Origin: Patescibacteria group bacterium
GTDB taxonomy: Bacteria > Patescibacteriota > Minisyncoccia > Phycocordibacterales > UBA12079
Direction of reading: 5' to 3'
NCBI GenBank assembly: GCA_043800905.1
Contig: JAZDMO010000003.1
Coordinates: forward strand, 1 to 57,974
Length of the DNA stretch: 57,974 nucleotides
Every line of letters starts with the position of its first letter. The first letter of the stretch is position 1. The notes below the pieces were generated by a model that was not told where the DNA came from, ran no database searches, and saw only the letters and a list, made by a program, of their open reading frames with translations. A program made the position numbers and the translations under genes. Of the stretch, positions 7,679-16,215 are shown one piece after another.

Positions 7679-10600
7679 ATGAATTTTAATAAGCCAAACA
7701 AAAGAATAATTTTAACAAGTTTTTTGAGCTTGTTGATGCCTTTTTCTTTTGCTTCCGCTAAAAATTTTATTATTCATGATAGCAGTGATGCAAATAATAC
7801 TTATTTTTCTATAATCGGAACTACTGGTTATATTGGTTTAGGAGTAAGTAGTCCATCTACTCTTTTGCAATTAAAAAATAATAATTGGATTTCCGCGTTG
7901 GATGTTGCTGGGACGGGAGTGGTTAATATGTTTAAGGTTAATACTTCAAATCAAATTGAAGTAGGGGCTCCTCTTAATATTGGAAGTTTTGAATTTACTC
8001 CCGATTCTGGTTTGGTTACTTTTGCTGACATGGCTGTGACTTCCGCTTCTCCAATTGGAACTCCTGAAAGTTATGTTTTTAAATTGGATGGAGAAAATAT
8101 AATGTCTATTTATTCCGAATCTAATGGAGCAGGAGGAATTCAAAATAAAAGAGTAGGAATTGGAACCACAGCTCCCACACAAGCTCTCGAGGTTGCTGGA
8201 ACAATTTATTCATCTACAGGAGGATTTAAATTACCCGATGGAACCATTGTTGATTCTCAGTCTGATTTAACTCCAGTTACTCCCCATACCCAAATTTTGG
8301 TGGGAGATGCTTCTGATGTTGCAGTTGCCACTTCAACTTTGACCATTTTGGATTCTGGGAATGTTGGTATCGGGACGACGGCACCTACAAATAAATTACA
8401 TGTAAAAATTGATGCGGAAAGCACATTAGCTGTTTTGTTAGAAAATAATGGTACTGGTACGACTGCAAGAGATGTTCTTAAACTGGTTTCTTCTGGAACT
8501 GGTAATGGAACAAAAGTTTTTGAAGTTCAATCAAGCGGTGGAACAACTGAGGGTTTGGTTGTTATGGGTAGTGGCAACGTCGGCATCGGGACGACGGCAC
8601 CATCAGGAATTTTGCACACCTATGCATTAACAGGTAATAATAGTTTATATATTGATTCTTTTACAGATAATTCTTTTTTGCATTTGAGGTCAAATTTAGA
8701 TGGGTTAGGTGGAGAAGAAAGTGGAATTATATTTTCAGACGGAACAAGCGGTAAGTGGGAATTATACAAAAATTCAAACAATAATTTTTCTATTTATGAT
8801 TATACAAGAGCGGGAATATCTTTTGATATCGCTGATAACGGAGATATGTCTTTGATGCAATCTGGTGGCAACGTCGGGATTGGTACGACGAATCCAAGTC
8901 AGAAATTACACGTTAGTGGCGGAAGTGCTTTGTTTGCTTCTACAGAAGGAATTTTATTAAGTCCAGGTACGACAGCAGGAATTATTGGACATGATGGAAG
9001 TGCTTATAACGATTTGGAATTAAGGGCACAAGCTGGTACTCAGTTATATTTAAAATCCGACGGCAACGTCGGCATCGGGACGACGGGACCAGAGACAAAG
9101 TTTCAAGTTACAGGAACAGCAGGAACACAGGGTTCGGCTGGTCACGTTAGAAGAATAGTAAGTTTATATGATGATACAGCACAAGCTACTGGGGTCGGGT
9201 CGGGTATTGTTTTTGGCGGAAAATATACAGATGCAGGATTGTATACACAATTTGGAGGTATTTATGCACGAAAAGATAATGGGACAACTGGGAATTATGG
9301 AGCTTCATTAAACTTTTTTGCAAGAGAACACGGAGATGCTGTTTTGAATCCTGATATGGTAATTTCAAGTAGCGGCAACGTCGGCATTGGGACGACGGGG
9401 CCGACAACTGAGTTGATGGTACAAGGAGCAAACGGGATTACCCATAAAAGAAACACTGATAATGCTGGCGGGACATTGAAGCTGGGAGCAGGGACTGGAT
9501 TGGTTACATTGATGAGTTCTAACTTGGTTAATGGCGATTTGTCAATAAAAGATGATACAGGGGCAGTAATGGTTCATATCAAAGCAGACGGCAACGTCGG
9601 CATCGGGACGACGGGTCCTGGGTCTCCTTTAGAGGTTGCTACTGTGCCATCAACGGGAGAAAAATCATCAATTCAATTTGGGTCAGGGGGACATTTACTT
9701 TCAACATCAGTACCAATGGCAGGATTTTCTGGTGGGGCATATTTTAATTACAATGGTTCCTCGTATCAATGGATACCAGAAGATACTGGTGCCTCAACAT
9801 TTCAAATGTATAACGTGGCTAAAGGGGACTTTGCTATCACCACGAACAATGGGCTTACCGCAGGAGTTGCGTATACTCCGACTCCAAGATTGGTTATTAC
9901 ACCGACTGGAAATGTGGGATTGGGTGGAAGTATAACTAACTACTCTACTCTTGCAGGGTCAAGTCTAACAATAAATAACGGCAACGTCGGCATCGGAACG
10001 ACGAGTCCTGTAGGCAATCTTCATATAACTGATAGTGTTGGTGGTGGAAATTACCACTTAATTCTTGAAGACCCTGATGCAAGTGCAGATGAGAAGCAGT
10101 GGGTAATGAGAACAATTACAGGTCAATTAGATTTCAGAACTCGGACAGACAGTGGAACACAAAGCACGAAGTTGACAGTGTTAAACAACGGCAACGTCGG
10201 CATCGGGACGACGAGTCCTACAGATAAACTAGATGTAGCAGGAAATATAAGATTAACACATACCAGTCCTGACTTAGATTTTATGGCAAATGGAGGACAT
10301 TATAATTGGCGGATTGCGGCACAAGAAAATGTCAATAATGCTTTAGAAATCACACCATCAACTGCTGTTGATGGAAGCACTTTTTCAACTCCAGCTGTCA
10401 CAATTTTAAGCACCGGCAACGTCGGCATCGGAACAACTGCACCAAATTCTCAACTTCAGCTTACGCATGACACAACTACTATAACAACCGAAGCTGACTA
10501 CGCATTTAGTATTAAACCTGATTTGACAGCGGAGTTATTTATGGGAGTAAATACCACAGGCGGTTATAGTTTTATTCAATCATTCGACCCTGGTACAAAT

Positions 10601-13600
10601 TGGAATGGGAAACCTCTTATCTTAATGCCAAATGGTGGCAACATCGGCATCGGAACAACTGCACCTGGGGCGAAGTTACATATTTCTGGAGGTTCTGGAA
10701 TTATTGAAAATGCAGGGGTAGTGTCCTTAACACTTAAAGATTCCAGTAGTACTTCAATCCCAACCTTATATTTTGTCCAAGGAGCAACAACTCAAGCTTC
10801 AATTCAAGGCGGTACAGCAGTACAAGGACGACTCGATTTCAATACATATAACAATCCTAATACCATGACTTTGTTTAACGGCAACGTCGGCATCGGGACG
10901 ACGAATCCGGGTGCGAAGTTGGAAGTTAATGGTAAAGTTAAACTTACTACAGGAAATTCACTTCTATCTACTTATGTTGGAGACCTTGCTGAAACAGGAG
11001 GATATATGGAAACAAGTACTACAAATTTAAAATTTGTGACAAGAAATGGGCATATAGTTTTTGATACAACTGCAGGCAACGTCGGCATTGGGACGACGAA
11101 TCCTGGGGCGAAGTTGGAGGTAGCTGGGAATATTGAGCTTTCAGGAGCAAGTAGATACATAACTGTTGATGGAGGGAATCTATATTTAGATCCTAGTGAT
11201 GGTGTTGTAAATCTTTATGATAATGTTGATGATTTCGCATTGAATGTTTATAGTGGCTCTACCTTAAAGGCCAAAGTCAATTCAAATGGTAATAGTTATT
11301 TCAATGGAGGCAACGTCGGCATCGGAACAACAGCACCAGATGCGTTGTTAGATATATATAATGGAGCTTTGGTTAATAGAGCTTCTGCAGTTAATCATTA
11401 TAGAAACGTTCTTTCACAGTATCTTGGTGTCGGTAATCAAGTTGGAACTTTAAAAATAGTACTTCCAAAACAGTCAGATACTATGATAGACATAACAATA
11501 AAAGGTTATGATTATAGTGCTAATATCGGAGCTTGGGAAGTTAGAATAAGCGGTTATGTTTATTCTGGTACAGGTGGTTGGTATACACTTAATCATAAAG
11601 CACAAATTATCGGTAGCGCCCCATTTTCTAAAGTTCGTTTATCTTATGATGGCTCAAAGCCAATAATTCTTTTGGGCGATACTTCTACTGTTTGGTCTTA
11701 TAGTTCTATTGAAGTATCTGATGTCACTACTTCTTATGCAGGGATTACTGGTTGGGGGTCAGGGTGGACAGCTTCTTTAATTACCGATGAAACTGGTCTT
11801 ACTCTTAAAGCAACACCTTTGATTTCTACTTATACTACGGCGAGTGGCAACGTCGGCATCGGGACGACGGCACCGAATAGTAAGCTTACTGTTGGTTATG
11901 TTGGTTCTAATACAGCAAATGGATTAATTGGAAGTTTTTTCAACGGAGACGAAACAACTGTAAAAATATTAGGAACTGCTAATACAAATGATACTGGGGC
12001 TCATTTGCAGTTAATGGAAAATAATCCTGCTTTATATGGTTTTGATACTTGGTATGATACTGGCAACAATAAATTATTTATTGATTCATATACGAATGAT
12101 GTAAAAACAAATGTGATGGCGATGACAACAACTGGCAACGTCGGCATCGGGACGACAGCGCCGGGGGCGAAGCTGGATGTAAATGGAACTTCTTATTTAC
12201 GTGGTAAAACAACGATTAATTCCGCTGGTGAAATTGCTTCTGGTTATGCTCCTTTGCACATTAATCAAGCTGTTGCTAACTCGGTTGTCCTTGATGAAGA
12301 AACAACTACAGCGGGATTAAATATTCGTGGTTATTCTGATAATGTTAATTTACAATTAGGTGTTGGTGGTGTTTCTTTGGGATATAATTCATGGATACAA
12401 GCCTCTTATGATAATGGTGGTTCTTCAACTGGTACTGAGGCTTTATTATTAAATCCAGTTGGTGGCAACGTCGGGATTGGGACGACAGGACCTCAAGGAA
12501 TGTTACAAGTTGGTGCTCGCGCTCAAGCAACCCCCGCAACGTATCCAGGACGGATAATAGTAGGGGGAACCGCAGGATCTACACTTGAATCGGAGGGTGG
12601 TGTTGAGTTTCCAGTTGCCGACGATGGGTACTCATATAAGATTCAAGGACTTGCTTCAAGTGGATCAGTTTTGGCTTTCGGGAATAGGACCGCTTCTGCT
12701 ACATGGGTTGAACGAATGCGCATAAATCCCGTTGGTAACGTAGGTATTGGAACCACTGTACCAGACGAATCACTTGATGTTAATGGGGCTATACAAGCAA
12801 AGAGTGGTGCTCCCTCTGCCTTTAATGCTAATCATGTGGGTTATACTTTTTCTAGTGAGACGGATGGAGGAATGTTTAGCCCTGCTGATGGAAATATTGT
12901 ATTTGCATCAAATGGAACGGAGAGAATGAGAATAGATAATGCAGGTAATATCGGCATCGGGACGACGGCACCATCTACAAAATTCCAAGTAAAAGACGGT
13001 GGAGCAACCTTCAGTTTCAAAGAAGTCCCAATGATTTTTAACGCCGAAGCTTATGTTACTTCAGCAAATAGTATGTATAGCTCTTTGTATTTAGGTGATG
13101 CTTCTCATCCTCAATATGCAGGTTTAACTTATGATTCTAGCGGAAACGCTTTAAGTATTCTTTCCAATAATGCTGCTCGTATAACAATAAATAGTGCTGG
13201 AAATGTCGGCATCGGTACCACTGCACCATCTGCAAAACTCCAAGTCCAAGTAAGTAATAATGGATTAAATATAGTTAATGGATTAAGAAATGAAAATGCA
13301 ACAGAATCAGGTGGTAATGCTGTTGGAGTTGGATTTTTAAATGAGCCGAATGGAGATTGGTGGAAAGCGGCTATTGTTCACGAAAGAACTGGAGGGTATG
13401 GAATTGGTGATTTAAGATTTTTGGTAGATAGCGCCATAGATAGCAACAGTGTAGGCCTAACAGATACAAAAATGATTATTAAGAGCACTGGCAACGTCGG
13501 CATCGGAGTAGTCGATCCCGGATCTTTATTATCTCTTGCTAATAACAATTGGATTTCTGAAAAGAATGCCGCTGGTTCAGGTTATGTGAATATGTTTAAA

Positions 13601-15361
13601 GTAAATACTGATAATGAAATTGATGTAGGTACAACTTTGAACGCTGGAACTTTTGAATTTGCAGAAGACAGTGGAACAGTGACCGCTATGGATATGCCGG
13701 TTTCTTCATCGGCTAGCGCTGGAACAGACGAAGCCTATACTTTTAAAGTTGATGGAACAAATATTTTGACAGTTTTTGCTGAATCTAATGGAGCCGGAGG
13801 AATTCAAAATCCACGGGTGGGAATTGGTGATTCAACCCCTTCTTATCAGTTGGAACTTTCTACTAACTCCGCTGCCAAACCAACTTCTTCCTCTTGGACC
13901 GTTTCTTCCGATGAAAGATTAAAGGACGTTAATGAAGATTTCCCAAGAGGTTTGGAAGCTATTATGGGGTTGTATCCTATGTATATGAATTACAAGGTAG
14001 ATAATCCTTTGGGGCTTCCTTCGGATCAAGAGTTTATTGGTTTAGTTGCTCAAGATGTCGAAAAAGTAATTCCAGAAGCTGTGAAAACTGATGTAAATGG
14101 ATATTTAACGATTGATGCTGATCCAATCAAATGGACTATGATTAATGCGATTAAAGAATTAGGTTCAAAGATTAGTGGTTCTTTGGAAGAAAATTTTGGT
14201 ATTGGAACTGTTATTCCTTATCGTAAATTACAGGTTGAAGAAGCGGGAGAAAATCCTCAAATGAGAATTGCTTATGATGAAAGTAATTATGCAGAAATGC
14301 AAGTGAGTGCGGTGGGAGATTTAGCCTTAACTGCTCGAGGAGGAGATGTGAGATTGCCCGATGATAACTTAATGGTTTGTTCAGGTGGAGCTTGCCCTAC
14401 CAAAGCTTCTGCTTTGAATGGAACAGGAAATTTGGTAGTAGAAAATATTGCTTACGTTGCGGGAGCTTTGGGGATTGGAACAGAAAGTCCTGAAAGACCT
14501 TTGGATATTTATGAAACTCAATCTAACCCTCAGATGAGAATTTCTTATGATGATGATTTATATTCAGAATTTAAAGTTTCGGCGACTGGCGATTTGAGTA
14601 TTTCAGCTCAAGGAGGTGATGTGTCTGTTTTAGATGAAAATTTTAGAGTGTGTTCAGGTGAAGCTTGTCCATCAGAACTTTATAGTGCTAGTGGAAGAGG
14701 AAATTTGTTGGTAGAAAATAATATTTTAGCTTTGGGAAATGTTGGTATTAATACAGCCACTCCTGATTATACTTTGGATGTTAAAGGAACTTTACGAGCT
14801 TATGGAATTACCGATGCTTCTGATATTCGTTTGAAGAAAAATATTCGTTCACTTGTAGATACTTATAGTCTGGATTGCCACGCTATCGCTCGCAAAGACG
14901 AAGAACAAAGTTCTTCGTTAACGAATTTTGCTTTGCAAAATTCGTCTCTGCGAGCTGATAAGTCTACCTTAGGTATGGGAGCCTGCGACGTGGCAGTCCA
15001 GAAAAATACTGTTTTAGAAAATGTTATGAAATTAAGGGGAGTAAAATTTGAATGGAAAGATTCTGAGTTGGGAGTAGGGGATCAGATTGGTTTTATTGCT
15101 CAAGAAGTTGAAAAGGTTTATCCAGAATTAGTTTCCACAGATCAAGACGGATACAAGTCTGTTCAATACGGTAAAATGACCGCCGTGCTTGTGGGGGCAA
15201 TTCAAGAACTAACTAAATTATTTGAAGGGACTAAGATTGAATATTCAAGATTAGATAATCGAACTACTGAATTAGAAAAAGAAAATCAAGAATTGAAAAC
15301 AAAAACGGTTGAATTAGAAAACCGAATCAAAGCTCTTGAAAATATCTTCCGCCAAAAATAA
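7679..15361 (+). CDS. Giant (2560 aa) secreted GNVGIGTT-repeat tail-fibre-like protein with two peptidase-S74-type intramolecular-chaperone domains and a C-terminal coiled coil
   Basis: Signal-like N-terminus. More than 25 GN(V/I)GIGTT..P..KL.V repeats. S-D-x-R-L-K ... (I/V)G(F/L)(I/V)AQ(E/D)VEKV(Y/I)PE modules near nt 13904 and 14817. Heptad-like ELEKENQELKTKTVELENRIKALE at the end. Confidence 0.9.
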   Translation: MNFNKPNKRIILTSFLSLLMPFSFASAKNFIIHDSSDANNTYFSIIGTTGYIGLGVSSPSTLLQLKNNNWISALDVAGTGVVNMFKVNTSNQIEVGAPLNIGSFEFTPDSGLVTFADMAVTSASPIGTPESYVFKLDGENIMSIYSESNGAGGIQNKRVGIGTTAPTQALEVAGTIYSSTGGFKLPDGTIVDSQSDLTPVTPHTQILVGDASDVAVATSTLTILDSGNVGIGTTAPTNKLHVKIDAESTLAVLLENNGTGTTARDVLKLVSSGTGNGTKVFEVQSSGGTTEGLVVMGSGNVGIGTTAPSGILHTYALTGNNSLYIDSFTDNSFLHLRSNLDGLGGEESGIIFSDGTSGKWELYKNSNNNFSIYDYTRAGISFDIADNGDMSLMQSGGNVGIGTTNPSQKLHVSGGSALFASTEGILLSPGTTAGIIGHDGSAYNDLELRAQAGTQLYLKSDGNVGIGTTGPETKFQVTGTAGTQGSAGHVRRIVSLYDDTAQATGVGSGIVFGGKYTDAGLYTQFGGIYARKDNGTTGNYGASLNFFAREHGDAVLNPDMVISSSGNVGIGTTGPTTELMVQGANGITHKRNTDNAGGTLKLGAGTGLVTLMSSNLVNGDLSIKDDTGAVMVHIKADGNVGIGTTGPGSPLEVATVPSTGEKSSIQFGSGGHLLSTSVPMAGFSGGAYFNYNGSSYQWIPEDTGASTFQMYNVAKGDFAITTNNGLTAGVAYTPTPRLVITPTGNVGLGGSITNYSTLAGSSLTINNGNVGIGTTSPVGNLHITDSVGGGNYHLILEDPDASADEKQWVMRTITGQLDFRTRTDSGTQSTKLTVLNNGNVGIGTTSPTDKLDVAGNIRLTHTSPDLDFMANGGHYNWRIAAQENVNNALEITPSTAVDGSTFSTPAVTILSTGNVGIGTTAPNSQLQLTHDTTTITTEADYAFSIKPDLTAELFMGVNTTGGYSFIQSFDPGTNWNGKPLILMPNGGNIGIGTTAPGAKLHISGGSGIIENAGVVSLTLKDSSSTSIPTLYFVQGATTQASIQGGTAVQGRLDFNTYNNPNTMTLFNGNVGIGTTNPGAKLEVNGKVKLTTGNSLLSTYVGDLAETGGYMETSTTNLKFVTRNGHIVFDTTAGNVGIGTTNPGAKLEVAGNIELSGASRYITVDGGNLYLDPSDGVVNLYDNVDDFALNVYSGSTLKAKVNSNGNSYFNGGNVGIGTTAPDALLDIYNGALVNRASAVNHYRNVLSQYLGVGNQVGTLKIVLPKQSDTMIDITIKGYDYSANIGAWEVRISGYVYSGTGGWYTLNHKAQIIGSAPFSKVRLSYDGSKPIILLGDTSTVWSYSSIEVSDVTTSYAGITGWGSGWTASLITDETGLTLKATPLISTYTTASGNVGIGTTAPNSKLTVGYVGSNTANGLIGSFFNGDETTVKILGTANTNDTGAHLQLMENNPALYGFDTWYDTGNNKLFIDSYTNDVKTNVMAMTTTGNVGIGTTAPGAKLDVNGTSYLRGKTTINSAGEIASGYAPLHINQAVANSVVLDEETTTAGLNIRGYSDNVNLQLGVGGVSLGYNSWIQASYDNGGSSTGTEALLLNPVGGNVGIGTTGPQGMLQVGARAQATPATYPGRIIVGGTAGSTLESEGGVEFPVADDGYSYKIQGLASSGSVLAFGNRTASATWVERMRINPVGNVGIGTTVPDESLDVNGAIQAKSGAPSAFNANHVGYTFSSETDGGMFSPADGNIVFASNGTERMRIDNAGNIGIGTTAPSTKFQVKDGGATFSFKEVPMIFNAEAYVTSANSMYSSLYLGDASHPQYAGLTYDSSGNALSILSNNAARITINSAGNVGIGTTAPSAKLQVQVSNNGLNIVNGLRNENATESGGNAVGVGFLNEPNGDWWKAAIVHERTGGYGIGDLRFLVDSAIDSNSVGLTDTKMIIKSTGNVGIGVVDPGSLLSLANNNWISEKNAAGSGYVNMFKVNTDNEIDVGTTLNAGTFEFAEDSGTVTAMDMPVSSSASAGTDEAYTFKVDGTNILTVFAESNGAGGIQNPRVGIGDSTPSYQLELSTNSAAKPTSSSWTVSSDERLKDVNEDFPRGLEAIMGLYPMYMNYKVDNPLGLPSDQEFIGLVAQDVEKVIPEAVKTDVNGYLTIDADPIKWTMINAIKELGSKISGSLEENFGIGTVIPYRKLQVEEAGENPQMRIAYDESNYAEMQVSAVGDLALTARGGDVRLPDDNLMVCSGGACPTKASALNGTGNLVVENIAYVAGALGIGTESPERPLDIYETQSNPQMRISYDDDLYSEFKVSATGDLSISAQGGDVSVLDENFRVCSGEACPSELYSASGRGNLLVENNILALGNVGINTATPDYTLDVKGTLRAYGITDASDIRLKKNIRSLVDTYSLDCHAIARKDEEQSSSLTNFALQNSSLRADKSTLGMGACDVAVQKNTVLENVMKLRGVKFEWKDSELGVGDQIGFIAQEVEKVYPELVSTDQDGYKSVQYGKMTAVLVGAIQELTKLFEGTKIEYSRLDNRTTELEKENQELKTKTVELENRIKALENIFRQK
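8357..13513 (+). repeat. Dispersed coding 24-mer GGCAACGTCGGCATCGGGACGACG (GNVGIGTT) and near-identical variants
   Basis: Exact copies read at 8573, 9062, 9590, 10190, 10880 and 11846 (plus 117 and 356 in the upstream gene). At least 10 further copies show 1-4 differences (e.g. 9374, 9980, 10415, 11075, 11309, 12134, 12474, 12944, 13490). Confidence 0.85.
14870..15001. repeat. Composite E: inverted pair of modular units (132 bp, exactly 44 codons) in frame inside the giant CDS
   Basis: CTGGATTGCCACGCTATCGCTCGCAAAGACG, then hairpins ACGAAGAAC/GTTCTTCGT and ACGAATTTTGC/GCAAAATTCGT, then CGTCTCTGCGAG...GAGCCTGCGACGTGGCAGTCCAG. Starts on a codon boundary ((14870-7679) is divisible by 3). Confidence 0.85.
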
Positions 15362-15365
15362 AACC

Positions 15366-16193
15366 TTTTGGGGGTTTCGCCCCCAAAAATAGCAAAAATT
15401 AAAATGGCAAATAGAGAACCGTTATTAATAAATGAATATTATCACGCTTATAACCGTGGAGCCGATAAGCGAATTATTTTTGATGATGTTTTTGATATTT
15501 TAAGATTTCTGCAAAGTATGCAGGAATTTAACTCTGTAGAACCGATAGGTAGTATTTATGAAAAAAATTATCATAATAAAGAAGAGAATGTAAATTTTGG
15601 GGGTTTCGCCCCCAAAGCTTTTAAATCAGATAGGTTAGTTAAGATAGTCGCCTATTGTTTAAATCCGAATCATTTTCATTTGATATTAAGTCCGTTGGTA
15701 GAAAACGGGATTAGTGAATTTATGAAAAGACTAGGTGGTGGTTATACTACTTATTACAATATTAAAAATAATAGAAAAGGAGTATTATTTCAAGGAGTTT
15801 TCAAATCAAAACATATTGATTCTGACTCTTATCTTAGATTTTTGAGTGCTTATGTAAATTTAAATTTTAAAGTTCATAAAAAGTTTGAAAAAAATAATGG
15901 AAAAAACCAATCGGTTTTTAAATCAAGTTGGGATGAATATCTTAATGCAAAAATTATAAAGAAAAAAGGAACTAATGAACACAAAATTATAAACAACAAA
16001 GATGATATTTGCGATAAGTCAATGATTTTATCTCACTTTAATTCGATAGAAGAATATAAAAGATTTGCAATAGAATCATTAAGAGAAATTAAAAGGAAAA
16101 GATATAATGAAGATGATATAATTAAAGATGATTTTTCTTTGTAAGAAATCATCAAATTAATTTAATGATACTTGGGGATAGTATCCCCAAGTA
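15366..16193 (+). mobile_element. RAYT/IS200-like Y1 transposase unit 1 with flanking hairpins
   Basis: Left hairpin TTTTGGGGGTTTCGCCCCCAAAA at 15366-15389. The same hairpin occurs in frame inside the CDS at 15595-15616. A different right hairpin TACTTGGGGATAGTATCCCCAAGTA lies at 16169-16193. Confidence 0.5.
15404..16144 (+). CDS. Y1 HUH transposase-like protein (IS200/RAYT family)
   Basis: YHAYNRG N-terminal motif, HUH motif NPNHFHLIL, candidate catalytic Tyr in SAYVNLN. ATG at 15404; the TTG-started extension of ORF 15368 only reads through the left hairpin. Confidence 0.8.
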   Translation: MANREPLLINEYYHAYNRGADKRIIFDDVFDILRFLQSMQEFNSVEPIGSIYEKNYHNKEENVNFGGFAPKAFKSDRLVKIVAYCLNPNHFHLILSPLVENGISEFMKRLGGGYTTYYNIKNNRKGVLFQGVFKSKHIDSDSYLRFLSAYVNLNFKVHKKFEKNNGKNQSVFKSSWDEYLNAKIIKKKGTNEHKIINNKDDICDKSMILSHFNSIEEYKRFAIESLREIKRKRYNEDDIIKDDFSL

Positions 16194-16215
16194 TTTCTGG
16201 ATAAGGGTTTGGAAT

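Noticed and set aside
7679-15361. Tail-fibre-like giant gene with S74 domains, considered as evidence for a prophage.
   Set aside because: No capsid, portal, terminase, tail-tube or baseplate genes, and no integrase, lie adjacent. The neighbours are LamG surface proteins and housekeeping genes.
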